Part shown: one piece after another, positions 9,862-19,814 of the stretch
Numbering within the stretch: position 1 is the stretch's first letter
Layout: each line of letters starts with the position of its first letter
Assembly: GCA_041640455.1 (NCBI GenBank)
Contig: JBEQAF010000019.1
Location: forward strand, 1,923-29,494
DNA from: a bacterium
Lineage (GTDB): Bacteria; CALINM01
Reading direction: 5' to 3'
Length of the DNA: 27,572 nucleotides
Notes under the pieces: generated by a model
Database searches by the model: none
The model's input: only the letters and a program-made list of their open reading frames with translations
Told to the model about the DNA's origin: nothing
Position numbers and translations under genes: made by a program

Positions 9862-10965
9862 ATGTTCAGAGTTGATATAAGAAAGCTCACCTCCTACAAC
9901 ATAAATCAGATAAAAGATGCTATCTTAAGCTCTCTAAAATTTATAAACAAAGATTTTCAGGAAAAAAAGACCTATCTTTTAAAACCCAATCTTTTAAAAC
10001 CTGCATCACCAGATAAGGCTATCACTACCCATCCAGTAATTATAAAGGCTGTTATTGAGCTGATTAAAGATTATAAGGCACAGGCATTAATAGGAGATAG
10101 CCCAGGGCTGTCCACACCAGAGAAGGTCTTAAAAAAACTTGACCTTATAGATTTTTTAAACCAAACAAACACGAAAATCGCTGATTTTTCTAAGAAAAAA
10201 CTTTTTAAAAACTCAAATAATCTTATTTATAAAGAGCTTATGCTTCCCCAGGTAATTGAAGAGGTTGACGAGATTATCAATCTGCCCAAGCTTAAGACAC
10301 ATCAGATGATGGTTATCACATGGGCTGTGAAAAATCTTTACGGCTTTATATATGGCATTGAGAAGATAAAGTATCATTTTCTTGCTGATAAAGACTACGA
10401 TCATTTTGCAAAACTACTTATTGACATATATAATTTTGTAAACCCCGGAATAAACATCATAGATGGTATAGTAGGTATGGATGGGAATGGGCCTTCTTCT
10501 GGAAATATAAAAAATTTTAATATTCTTGCTGTATCCGATAATGCCCTATCTCTGGACTATATCCTGTGTAGCACCTTCAATCTTGATCATAAAAAGATAC
10601 CTCATCTTTCCGTAGCTCTGAATAAAGGATTGAAAGAAATTCAGGAACAGGCTATATCCACAAGCTCCGAAGTATCAGCTTCATATATAAAGCTCTCGCT
10701 ACCTGAGGCACACGATCTTAACTTTTCAATGCCCCATCTTGTTTCAGGGATAGTTAAAAAATATCTTATCCCCTATCCTTCCATTAACAGCAAAATCTGT
10801 ATAAAATGTGGTTTATGCAGGGATATCTGTCCGAGGGGGGCAATAAAATCCGCCGGTTCCTATTTTATTGACAGGCGAGATTGTATAAGATGTTACTGCT
10901 GTCAGGAATTATGTGATAAAGGTGCTATAAAAGTCAGTAGAGGATTATTTCATGTCTGGAAATAA
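9862..10965 (+). CDS. DUF362-domain protein with C-terminal 2x[4Fe-4S] ferredoxin domain (start moved to ATG 9862)
   Basis: LLKPNLL, TTHP, GDSPG, INLPKLKTH, AVKNLYG, DGIVGMDGNGP; CIKCGLCRDICP and CIRCYCCQELC; ATG 4 nt after the upstream stop is preferred to the overlapping TTG at 9808. Confidence 0.85.
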   Translation: MFRVDIRKLTSYNINQIKDAILSSLKFINKDFQEKKTYLLKPNLLKPASPDKAITTHPVIIKAVIELIKDYKAQALIGDSPGLSTPEKVLKKLDLIDFLNQTNTKIADFSKKKLFKNSNNLIYKELMLPQVIEEVDEIINLPKLKTHQMMVITWAVKNLYGFIYGIEKIKYHFLADKDYDHFAKLLIDIYNFVNPGINIIDGIVGMDGNGPSSGNIKNFNILAVSDNALSLDYILCSTFNLDHKKIPHLSVALNKGLKEIQEQAISTSSEVSASYIKLSLPEAHDLNFSMPHLVSGIVKKYLIPYPSINSKICIKCGLCRDICPRGAIKSAGSYFIDRRDCIRCYCCQELCDKGAIKVSRGLFHVWK

Positions 10966-13045
10966 GAGATTTTCACTGGCAATTAAAATAGCTTTATATT
11001 ATCTGATATTTGGAATTCTCTGGATTATTGCGACAGACATTTTAAAGGAGAAGCTTTCAGAAAATCTGCAGATATTAAGAATTATTGAGCTTTCAAAGGG
11101 TATAGTTTTTATATTAATAACATCCCTTTTACTTTATATCTTTGCAAAGAAAAATATTGAACGGCTCATAATATCGGAAGAAAGATACAAAAAATTATTT
11201 AATACCCATCAGACGGTAATGCTTGTTTTTGATGCCCATAGCGGAAAGATTATGGATGCCAACAAAGCAGCGCAGGAATTTTACTGTTACAGCTATGAAG
11301 AATTTAAAAATCTAAATATAGCAGACCTAACTATTCTGGATAAAAAAACATTGTTCTCTAATATTGAGCTTGTAAAAACAGGTAAGAAAAATAATTTTCA
11401 GCTTAAACATAGATTAAAAAATGGAGAACTGTGGGATGTAGAGACCTACTGTAGTTTTATGGAACTGGAAGGTCAGCCCATAATCTACCAGGTGGTTTTC
11501 AATATTACAGACCGTCTTTACCTTGAAAATAAAAATAAAGAGCTAATAGAGTGGTTTAACACCATTATTGAAAGCTCTCCTCTTCCTATAATAATTGTTG
11601 ATAGGTCAGGTAATGTAGAGATGTGGAACAGGTCAGCAGAACGAGTTTTTGGTTGGAGTAGAGAAGAGGTTATCGGAAAGTTTAACCCTATTGTGCCAGC
11701 AGATAAGATAGCTGAGTTTTTAGCCAATCTTGATAAAATTTCAAAAGGAGAGATTATTGAAAATTTAGAGATAAAACGAGTAAATAAAAATGGAGATGTA
11801 CTAACTCTAAATCTTTTCACCGCTGCTATTTATAATCAAGAAGGTAATATAATTCATTTTATTGGCATATTTCAGGATGTTACGGAGAAGATTAAGATAG
11901 AGCAGGAGATGTTCCATTTTAAAAAAATGGAGTCAGTGGGAAGACTTGCAGCAGGTATAGCCCATGATATAAATAATTCTCTTACGGCAATTATAAACTT
12001 TTCGAGTCTTATAGATATGAAAACAAAAGACCAGGAAGATATAAACAGCTATGCAAAGCAGATACTTCTGGTCTGTGAACGGATAGCTACCATAACAAAG
12101 GGGCTTATGACTTACAGTAAAAAATACCCCTTTAATCCGAAGATTGTCTCTTTAAACGAGATAATCAATCAGGCACTACCCTTTCTTCAGAAGGTAATAG
12201 GAGAAAGAATTACCCTAAAATTTGAATTGGATCCTGACATCAGAAACATTAAAGCTGATATCCATCAGATTGAACAGATACTGGTAAATCTACTATCAAA
12301 CGCTAAAGATTCCATGCCCGATGGTGGCACTGTTCTGATCAAGACCTGTGAAACAGAGATAGATGAAAGATTTATAATAGCTCATAACTATGGGAAAAAA
12401 GGCAGATATATAAAGCTATCTGTAACCGATACCGGAACAGGTATCCCGGATAATATTAAAAATAAGATCTTTGAGCCCTTTTTTACCACAAAGGAGCCTG
12501 GTAAAGGAACCGGACTCGGGCTTTCCATAGTTTATAGCCTTGTTAAACAGCACGGAGGTTATATAAATCTTTATAGCGAATCGGGGAAAGGAACTACGAT
12601 AAATATTTATTTTCCAGCCACTGAAGATGAGCAAAGCAAAGAAGCCCCTATTCTGCCAAACATTAAAATACCAGAAAAGCTGGGAGTGCTGGTTGCTGAA
12701 GATGATATTATGGTTCGAAAGGCTTTGAAGCACTTTTTTAGCGAGATCGGATACAGATTCTTTGAAGCTTGCACTGGCAAAGAAGCTATAAATATTTACA
12801 AAGAGAATATGGATCAGATAGATCTGCTTATTCTGGATATAGTATTACCTGATATCAGCGGATTTGAGATCTTCAAGGAGATTAAAAAGTTAGAAAAGAA
12901 CGTCAAAAAGATATACATTAGCGGATATCCGATGGAGATGCTTAAAGATTTTGATAGCTATGATGAATCAGCAGAGTTTATTCATAAGCCCTTGACGGTT
13001 ATAAGTATAAAATCAGCCATCAGCAGGCTATTTAACGGTAGTTAA
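10952..13045 (+). CDS. Membrane-anchored hybrid sensor histidine kinase (2 TM - PAS - PAS - HisKA - HATPase - REC)
   Basis: Two hydrophobic N-terminal helices; PAS motifs ([20 protein letters not shown]); H-box [33 protein letters not shown]; receiver [14 protein letters not shown]. Confidence 0.92.
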   Translation: MSGNKRFSLAIKIALYYLIFGILWIIATDILKEKLSENLQILRIIELSKGIVFILITSLLLYIFAKKNIERLIISEERYKKLFNTHQTVMLVFDAHSGKIMDANKAAQEFYCYSYEEFKNLNIADLTILDKKTLFSNIELVKTGKKNNFQLKHRLKNGELWDVETYCSFMELEGQPIIYQVVFNITDRLYLENKNKELIEWFNTIIESSPLPIIIVDRSGNVEMWNRSAERVFGWSREEVIGKFNPIVPADKIAEFLANLDKISKGEIIENLEIKRVNKNGDVLTLNLFTAAIYNQEGNIIHFIGIFQDVTEKIKIEQEMFHFKKMESVGRLAAGIAHDINNSLTAIINFSSLIDMKTKDQEDINSYAKQILLVCERIATITKGLMTYSKKYPFNPKIVSLNEIINQALPFLQKVIGERITLKFELDPDIRNIKADIHQIEQILVNLLSNAKDSMPDGGTVLIKTCETEIDERFIIAHNYGKKGRYIKLSVTDTGTGIPDNIKNKIFEPFFTTKEPGKGTGLGLSIVYSLVKQHGGYINLYSESGKGTTINIYFPATEDEQSKEAPILPNIKIPEKLGVLVAEDDIMVRKALKHFFSEIGYRFFEACTGKEAINIYKENMDQIDLLILDIVLPDISGFEIFKEIKKLEKNVKKIYISGYPMEMLKDFDSYDESAEFIHKPLTVISIKSAISRLFNGS

Positions 13046-13048
13046 TTT

Positions 13049-13501
13049 TTAAGATTTTTGAATAAGATCTAACACCTTCTCTGCACAGGGATTAACCATC
13101 CTCTCAAGCCTTTCTGACAGATGAAGAGAGATATTAAAGTTATACCCTTTTGTACCAACCACAACTCCTTCTATCTTGACATTCTGAAGACTAAGCAGTT
13201 CTATTACCTGATTGATGTTTATATCATGAACGGTCTTAAATTTATTATCTATCTTACCAAGCTGAGAGATGGGAAAACATTCAATCTCTTCTTCTGTCCC
13301 CTTATCAAAAACATCAATTATTATAAAACTACCCCCCTCCCTCAGGACATTGTAGATATCCCATGGAGAGGGGGTAGGCAAGGATATAAGTTTCACCTTC
13401 TCATTATTACCATTTAATCGTCTTTTCAGCTCATCAATTACAAATAACCCAAAGGCATCATCTGACATAAGGGGGTTACCAAGCCCAATAACCTTTATCA
13501 T
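13049..13501 (-). CDS. hydD: Hydrogenase maturation endopeptidase (HyaD/HybD/HydD family)
   Basis: GLGNPLMSDDAFG, IIIDV, TVHD metal-ligand motifs; last gene of hydrogenase operon. Confidence 0.9.
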   Translation of the reverse strand: MIKVIGLGNPLMSDDAFGLFVIDELKRRLNGNNEKVKLISLPTPSPWDIYNVLREGGSFIIIDVFDKGTEEEIECFPISQLGKIDNKFKTVHDININQVIELLSLQNVKIEGVVVGTKGYNFNISLHLSERLERMVNPCAEKVLDLIQKS

Positions 13502-13505
13502 TTTA

Positions 13506-14198
13506 CTATTTCTTCTTTATAAATTTATGACCGCTGAAGACTATTGAAATATCCCCTTCTTTCCAGAATATCTCTCTCCAAACCTCAAGGTAGATGTGAA
13601 TTAATACAAATACAATCATAATCCAGGCAATCATATGGTGAGCCAGTCTTACATTAGCCAGATCTCCAAATATAAAGAGGGCTATACTTCCGATTATTGA
13701 GAACACATACTGACCACCTGGAATAGCCGTATTGACAGAGCTTATCTGTGGTGATAGCATAGCAAATCCTGTTATGAGCATTAATGCCTTAAATATAATT
13801 ATAAAGAGGAATATCCCCCAGGCATTGAGAGCATCCATACGATCTTCCACATAGGGTCTGTCTTTAGGATTAAGAGTAAAATAATGCTTTAACATCTGAA
13901 TAGCCTCTATCCCCCTTTCTTTCAAAGGAAAGATAAATTTAAAATAGGGATGTCTGCCAAAAAAGAAAAGATATATCCAGATAATCAGTATTACGTCAAG
14001 CACAATAGCTCCCAGATAATGTATGAGCCTTACATAGCCCATAACATAGGAGTCTATAATCTCTCCTGTTTCAAAGGCAAGAAAGGGATGGGCAATATAA
14101 AAACCTGTAACAGCGCAGGCAATAAAGGCAATAAACATCGCCCAGTGATTAAACCTTAAAATGGCATTCATTCTATATACACGTTTAAAATCCTGCAT
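13506..14198 (-). CDS. hydC: [NiFe]-hydrogenase b-type cytochrome subunit
   Basis: Four hydrophobic segments with heme-ligand His in RFNHW, RLIHY, RLAHH, LIHIY. Confidence 0.92.
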   Translation of the reverse strand: MQDFKRVYRMNAILRFNHWAMFIAFIACAVTGFYIAHPFLAFETGEIIDSYVMGYVRLIHYLGAIVLDVILIIWIYLFFFGRHPYFKFIFPLKERGIEAIQMLKHYFTLNPKDRPYVEDRMDALNAWGIFLFIIIFKALMLITGFAMLSPQISSVNTAIPGGQYVFSIIGSIALFIFGDLANVRLAHHMIAWIMIVFVLIHIYLEVWREIFWKEGDISIVFSGHKFIKKK

Positions 14199-14250
14199 AG
14201 CAACTCCCTTAAATCTTAATATTATAATCTGAGGCTTATCAGCACCTGTC

Positions 14251-15897
14251 CTACCTTCTCACTATATGTATGGCACATGCAAGGCACGGATCAAAGGAAT
14301 GAACAGTTCTAAGTACCTCAAGGGGCTGATCCTTGTTAACACAGGGATTGCCAATCAGGCTCTGTTCGCAGGCTCCTCTCTGTCCAAGGGCATCTTTGGG
14401 TGAAAAATTCCATGTAGATGGTACTATGCACTGATAATTTTTAATCTTATAATTTTCAATGCTTACCCAGTGCCCAAGTGCACCTCTGGGTGCTTCAATA
14501 AGCCCATATCCCATAGCCTCTTTGGGCATGCTATATTTAGTAAATGTTTCATCATTGCTCTTTAGATTTTCCACAAGCTCACCTACCCATTTCTCTGCTG
14601 TGTCAGCAAGCCATTTGGTTTCGATACATCTTGCCGCAGTTCTGCCAAGAGTCCCAAAAAGAGCTGATGCAGGTGCATTTAATGTTTTAAGGGCATAATC
14701 TACAAGAGCTTTAACCTCCTTATTGCCCGAAGCATAGGCTACAAGAACTCTTGAAAGAGGTCCTACCTCCATCGGTTTATTATCATATCTTGGTGCTTTT
14801 ACCCAGCTATATTTTTCATTCTCCTTGCAGGTATTGTCTGCATTGAGCCCCGTATAGTTAGGTTCTGTCACACCATCTTTTGGATGAAGCCCCTTGCTCT
14901 CGTCAGCATATTTGTACCATGAATGCTTAACATGTTCCGTAATCTTTTCTGGATCAAATTTGTGCACCTTTGATAGATCGCCGTTTAATATTACACCTGA
15001 AGGGAAGAAAAGATTACTTCTATCTGCATCATCGGACAATCTGAAATCTCCATAGGATAGATAATTTTTATGCCCAGCACCCACATTCTGAACACCGTAA
15101 TCTTTATAAACCTGACCTGCGAGTAGTAAATCAGGAAGATAGGCTGTATCAACAAACTCTTTCAGTTTTCTAAATCTAAAAAGCACATCTCCAATTCTTT
15201 TAGGATCCAGCAGGTCTTTCACGCAGGTTACTCCACCCACTACAAGCCCCTGTGTATGAGGTTCTTTTCCGCCAAGAATTGCCATGATCTGCCCACCATA
15301 TCTTTGGACCTCAAGGGCATCAAGATAGTGAGATACTATAAGAAGCACAGCCTCAGGCGGAACCTTATAAGCAGAATGTCCCCAGTAACCATTGGCAAAA
15401 GGACCAAGCTGACCGCTTTTAACAAGATTTTCAACCTTTTTCTTTACCTCCGCAAATCTTGCCCTTCCTGCGTTATAGGTTGACCCCGCAGAATAGGCAA
15501 GCTCTTCTGCCTTCTTTGGATCTGCCTGGAGTACTTTTGTAATATCAACCCAATCAAGTCCGTGAAGAATATAAAAATGAATTATATGGTCTTGAATATA
15601 CTGAGCAGCTTTGATTAAATTCCTGACAAGTCTGCCGTTTTTAGGAGGCACAATCTTTATGGCGTTCTCAACTGCATGGATGGAGGCATCATAATGCACA
15701 TGAGTACAAACTCCGCATATTCTCTGAGTAAATAAGCCTGCATCTCTCGGGTCTCTGCCCTTTAAAATTATTTCAAAGCCTCTAAAAAGGGTTCCAGATG
15801 ATAAAGCTTCTTTCACTTTTCCACCCTCAACCTCCACCTCAACCCTCAGATGACCTTCTATTCTTGTAATTGGATCTATAACAGTTCTCTTAGCCAT
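14251..15897 (-). CDS. hydB: Group 1 (probably 1b) [NiFe]-hydrogenase large subunit
   Basis: IDPITRIEGH, L1 QRICGVC, APRGALGHW, L2 DPCLACAIH; Cys, not Sec. Confidence 0.96.
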   Translation of the reverse strand: MAKRTVIDPITRIEGHLRVEVEVEGGKVKEALSSGTLFRGFEIILKGRDPRDAGLFTQRICGVCTHVHYDASIHAVENAIKIVPPKNGRLVRNLIKAAQYIQDHIIHFYILHGLDWVDITKVLQADPKKAEELAYSAGSTYNAGRARFAEVKKKVENLVKSGQLGPFANGYWGHSAYKVPPEAVLLIVSHYLDALEVQRYGGQIMAILGGKEPHTQGLVVGGVTCVKDLLDPKRIGDVLFRFRKLKEFVDTAYLPDLLLAGQVYKDYGVQNVGAGHKNYLSYGDFRLSDDADRSNLFFPSGVILNGDLSKVHKFDPEKITEHVKHSWYKYADESKGLHPKDGVTEPNYTGLNADNTCKENEKYSWVKAPRYDNKPMEVGPLSRVLVAYASGNKEVKALVDYALKTLNAPASALFGTLGRTAARCIETKWLADTAEKWVGELVENLKSNDETFTKYSMPKEAMGYGLIEAPRGALGHWVSIENYKIKNYQCIVPSTWNFSPKDALGQRGACEQSLIGNPCVNKDQPLEVLRTVHSFDPCLACAIHIVRR

Positions 15898-15907
15898 ATT
15901 TTACCTC

Positions 15908-17092
15908 CTACTCTTCTTTCTGGTGCTCTTCACAGCACTCTTTTGTTACACCCTTATTCTTAGCCTTAAAATGGCTATAAAAGGCATGAACTCCCATTCC
16001 AACGGCGCTTATGCCTATCAATGCCCATCCCACATGGTCTGCAGTGGATTCAACACCCGGGAGTATTCTTGCCTGAATGGGCTTTTCAAGCGGAGCCATC
16101 TTGTCCCAAAAAGCAGGTTCGCTACATCCTATACACCCATGACCTGCTTTAATAGGTGAAGCTATATCATCATTCCATCCCTGAATATTACAGTTATTAT
16201 AGGTCATAGGCCCCTTACAACCTACCATATATAGACAGAACCCCTTTTTCGCTCCTTCATCGCCCCATTCTCTAACAAACTCACCTGCATCAAAATGGGC
16301 TCTTCTTGGGCAGGTATCATGTATTCTCTTCCCATAGGCAAAAACAGGTCTCCCACTTTTAGTTGTGGGGATCTTCCCAAACAGAATAAAATATAGTATG
16401 GTGCCTACAAGACTTGCGCTGTTGTAAGGACAACCGGGGATAATAACCGAATTTATTCCTAAGGCTTCATTTATAGATTTTGAACCAGTAGGATTAGGAT
16501 AGGAAGCCTGTGGACCGCCATAGGATGCACAATGACCAATAGAGATTACGGCAGCTGCGTCTTTAGTAACCTCCTTTGCCTTTTCTAAACCTGTTACGGC
16601 ATTGGTGCCTACTCTCAGATATTTACCATCCATCTTTGTAGGAATTGAGCCTTCGCAGATACAGATATATTTACCTTTGTACTTTGCCATAGTGTCTTTT
16701 AGACTCTTTTCAGCCGCCTCCCCTGAAGGTGCCATCACCGTATCATGATAGTCCAGTGATAAATACTGAAGAATAATCTCTGCAACGCCGGGGTTATTTG
16801 AACGTAGTAATGATTCCGTGCACCCCGTGCATTCTGCAAAATGAAGCCAGATCACAGGAATTCTACTTGCAATCTCAGCAGCTCTTGCAACCCTTTTTTC
16901 AAAAACTGGTGGTAACATTAGAGTTGAGCTCATTATAGCTGACCATTTCAAAAAACTTCTTCTGCTAATTCCAGAAAACTCAAGCCATTCTCTAAAGCCT
17001 CGCTTTTCAGGATAGGTTTCTTCAAGTTCATCCAGTCGGGAGTCGCATTTAGATAACAAATCTCTTAACTGATCACTAATTTTTTTATACAT
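15908..17092 (-). CDS. hydA: [NiFe]-hydrogenase small subunit with Tat signal and C-terminal membrane anchor
   Basis: SRRSFLK Tat motif; ECTGCTES, PGCP, HDTCPRR, CLYMVGCKGP, GHGCIGCSEP; C-terminal hydrophobic helix ending GVHA. Confidence 0.96.
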   Translation of the reverse strand: MYKKISDQLRDLLSKCDSRLDELEETYPEKRGFREWLEFSGISRRSFLKWSAIMSSTLMLPPVFEKRVARAAEIASRIPVIWLHFAECTGCTESLLRSNNPGVAEIILQYLSLDYHDTVMAPSGEAAEKSLKDTMAKYKGKYICICEGSIPTKMDGKYLRVGTNAVTGLEKAKEVTKDAAAVISIGHCASYGGPQASYPNPTGSKSINEALGINSVIIPGCPYNSASLVGTILYFILFGKIPTTKSGRPVFAYGKRIHDTCPRRAHFDAGEFVREWGDEGAKKGFCLYMVGCKGPMTYNNCNIQGWNDDIASPIKAGHGCIGCSEPAFWDKMAPLEKPIQARILPGVESTADHVGWALIGISAVGMGVHAFYSHFKAKNKGVTKECCEEHQKEE

Positions 17093-17127
17093 ACCTCCCT
17101 CCTTCGTTTTATAAAAACTTATGCTTT

Positions 17128-17157
17128 AAAATAAACAAATTTTAAAAAAAATGTCAA
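17128..17157 (-). promoter_or_regulatory. Putative sigma70 promoter of hydrogenase operon
   Basis: TTGACA (17157-17152) - 18 nt - TATTTT (17133-17128) in a very AT-rich spacer; GGAGG RBS before ATG 17092. Confidence 0.5.
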
Positions 17158-17270
17158 GGGTAAAATAAAACATTGTTTTATGAATTTTAAATTAACAAAA
17201 AATTAAAATAAAAATAATTTGCTTAAAAAAGAAAAAAAAGATATAACGACGTTTGTTATGATGGCGAACA

Positions 17271-17299
17271 AAGAGAAAAAGGGGCTTTAAAGCCCCTTT
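17271..17299 (-). terminator. Intrinsic terminator after the Hdr-Frd cluster
   Basis: AAAGGGGC-TTTAAA-GCCCCTTT inverted repeat 2 nt after the stop, followed on minus strand by TTTTTCTCTT. Confidence 0.85.
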
Positions 17300-17301
17300 A
17301 C

Positions 17302-18972
17302 TTATCTGAGAGTTCCAAAGTATCTGGAGGTCTTTTCCTTAGCCTTTACTTCATCTCTTATATAATCGGGCAGAATCATTGGAGACACTCTGTCAGTCTC
17401 TATTCCTGCCTCTTTAATCTCTTTTTCATATTTTTCAACATGCTCTAAAGTAAGATCCGAAAGATTAAGATTCTGAATATATTCTGAAGCAGATATCCCT
17501 GCTCTTCTACCAAAGACAAGAATATCCAAAAGCGAATTACCCATTAGCCTGTTTCTTCCATGAACACCACCTGAAACCTCGCCGGCACTGTAAAGACCGG
17601 GGATCTCTGTTCGGGCGTTGTCATCCATCCACAACCCCCCATTCTGATAATGAACGGTGGGGAATATTAACATGGGCTCCTTTGATATATCTATCCCGTG
17701 CCTTATAAACTGAATATATTTTGCGGGTAGCTCCTTTTTTACAGTCCCCTCTCCTTCCAGCATATCAATCATTGGAGAGTCAAGCCAAACTCCCAGTCTC
17801 CCTGTTGGAGTTATAACGCCGTTTCCTCTCTCAGTACACTCTCTTATTATACAGGCAGATTCCACATCTCTCGGCTCCAGTGGAAATACAAACTCTTCTC
17901 CATTTTTATTAAGTAAGGTAGCTCCAAGACCTCTCACCTTCTCTGTAATAAGCAGTCCCACATTCTGTTCAGGATAAACCACACCTGTGGGATGGTACTG
18001 TACGGAATCCATATATCTTAGCCTTATCCCAGCTCTGTAAGCCATAACTATTCCATCTGCTGTGGCACCATAATGGTTAGTGCAGGGGAATCCGTTAAAA
18101 TGAAGCCTTCCAAAACCACCGGTTGCCATAATCACTGCCTTTGCCCTAACAATATAATACTCTTCTGTCTCAAGATTATAAAGGATCGCGCCAGCACACC
18201 TGCCGTTTGAATCAAGCAAAAGCTCTACAGCGGGACAAAACTCCATCACATCAATACTATCGGAAAGATTTCTTACCTCATCTCTTAAAACTCTCATTAT
18301 CTCTGAACCTGTCATATCTCCACAGGAATGCATCCTTTTTCTGCAGGTACCACCTCCATGTCTAACCTTCATTCTACCATCAGGATACTTATCAAACATC
18401 ATTCCAAGACTCTCCAGCCAGTGGGCTATTATAGGTGCATCCTGTGTCAATGCGGATACTATCTTTCTATCGTTTAAAAAATGTCCACCACCAAGCGTAT
18501 CTAAAAAATGATAATAAGGAGAATCAACTTCCTGATCTGCGGCCTGAATACCACCTTCTGCCATAACTGTATTGGCATCACCATGTCTTAATTTGGTAGC
18601 CAGTATTACTTTGCAACCTTTTTTTGCCGCCATAATTGCTGCCGATGAACCTGCTCCACCTCCACCTATAACAAGCACATCGGTATCAATATCTGGATTT
18701 TTAAGATTAAAATCTTTTGGGTTAATTCTGCTGTGAGCCTCAAGCAGGTCAGCCAGCTCATTGGGAAAATGCTGTCCTTTATCAGGACCAACCTTTACTA
18801 TCCGCTTTGTACCTTCCATGTAATCGGGATGAAATTTTGAAAGTACCTCTTTTCGCTGATCCATAGTCAGAGGTTTAAAGGTTTCCCCTCTTTTTGTTTT
18901 TTCCACCCTTGCGGCTCTTGTTTTCTCTACAAGTTTTATTGACTCTCTTAAGCTTTCTGGATATCCGGACAT
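17302..18972 (-). CDS. Fumarate reductase/succinate dehydrogenase-family flavoprotein (TfrA/FrdA-like, predicted non-covalent FAD)
   Basis: GGGGAG, NTVMAEGG, ATGGFG, QYHPT, LITEKVRG, PRDV, HYQNGG, HGRNRLMGNSLLD. Confidence 0.85.
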   Translation of the reverse strand: MSGYPESLRESIKLVEKTRAARVEKTKRGETFKPLTMDQRKEVLSKFHPDYMEGTKRIVKVGPDKGQHFPNELADLLEAHSRINPKDFNLKNPDIDTDVLVIGGGGAGSSAAIMAAKKGCKVILATKLRHGDANTVMAEGGIQAADQEVDSPYYHFLDTLGGGHFLNDRKIVSALTQDAPIIAHWLESLGMMFDKYPDGRMKVRHGGGTCRKRMHSCGDMTGSEIMRVLRDEVRNLSDSIDVMEFCPAVELLLDSNGRCAGAILYNLETEEYYIVRAKAVIMATGGFGRLHFNGFPCTNHYGATADGIVMAYRAGIRLRYMDSVQYHPTGVVYPEQNVGLLITEKVRGLGATLLNKNGEEFVFPLEPRDVESACIIRECTERGNGVITPTGRLGVWLDSPMIDMLEGEGTVKKELPAKYIQFIRHGIDISKEPMLIFPTVHYQNGGLWMDDNARTEIPGLYSAGEVSGGVHGRNRLMGNSLLDILVFGRRAGISASEYIQNLNLSDLTLEHVEKYEKEIKEAGIETDRVSPMILPDYIRDEVKAKEKTSRYFGTLR

Positions 18973-19017
18973 ATAAATACTCCTTTTAAATTGTTTTTCT
19001 TATTTAATTATTACAGC

Positions 19018-19788
19018 TTATAGATACCTTTCATCCTGAGGTTTCCATCCAATATCTCTTGAGTTAAGCGGTTCCCATTCTCTTTCCTCCACATATCTTC
19101 TTCTGAGCTCCTCATCAGAGATTTCTACAAGCTCCTTCATAAACTTTTCAAATTTACCGGAATTTATCTCCTGAACTCTAACCTTTAAATGCTCTGCCCT
19201 TTTAAATACCCTTGCACCTGTCAGTCTTCTCGCAAACATGGCAACATTATAGTGAGTTATCTGGGCAGGACAGCGAGAGGTGCAGAGACCACACATAATA
19301 CAGTCCAGTGAGAGCTTAGCGCATCTTTCTATATCACCTCTTATAGCCGCATTGATGTAATCCATAACTTTTATATCCATGGGGCATGCCCTTGTACAGG
19401 TATTGCAACCCACGCATTTTAAAATCTCCGGGTAGGTGTTTATCATAGTCTCAGCCGTTGGCTCAGAGTTTTCAACATCATGAAACTTTCTCTTATAAGG
19501 ATAAAATGGGATCTGAGCAAGCACCATATTCTCTTTAACAACTGTCTGACAGGCAAGCCCAAAATAAAGCTTATGATCTCCCATTATCCTGTATACGGTA
19601 GCACAGGCTCCACAGATACCACCTCTACAACCGCATCCTCTTATCCACTGATAGCCTGCATATTCAAAGGCTTTCTGTATGGTAAGAGTTTCGGGAACTA
19701 TATATCTTTTTCCCATTATATAAACGGGCACCATCTTTGTATTTTCCGGTATAACAGGTCTGTCTCCCGTAAGTAGTATTCCTTTCAT
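19018..19788 (-). CDS. FrdB/SdhB/TfrB-like iron-sulfur subunit ([2Fe-2S] + 2x[4Fe-4S])
   Basis: CRGGICGAC...LACQT; CVGCNTCTRACP; CIMCGLCTSRCP; adjacent to the flavoprotein. Confidence 0.8.
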   Translation of the reverse strand: MKGILLTGDRPVIPENTKMVPVYIMGKRYIVPETLTIQKAFEYAGYQWIRGCGCRGGICGACATVYRIMGDHKLYFGLACQTVVKENMVLAQIPFYPYKRKFHDVENSEPTAETMINTYPEILKCVGCNTCTRACPMDIKVMDYINAAIRGDIERCAKLSLDCIMCGLCTSRCPAQITHYNVAMFARRLTGARVFKRAEHLKVRVQEINSGKFEKFMKELVEISDEELRRRYVEEREWEPLNSRDIGWKPQDERYL

Positions 19789-19814
19789 TATGTTCTCCTC
19801 CTTAAATAAACTTT

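Noticed and set aside
17173..17260. Rex- or NikR-like operators upstream of the hydrogenase
   Set aside because: Half-sites (TTATGAA, TTAACAA, ATAAC/GTTAT) have wrong spacing and are expected by chance in very AT-rich DNA
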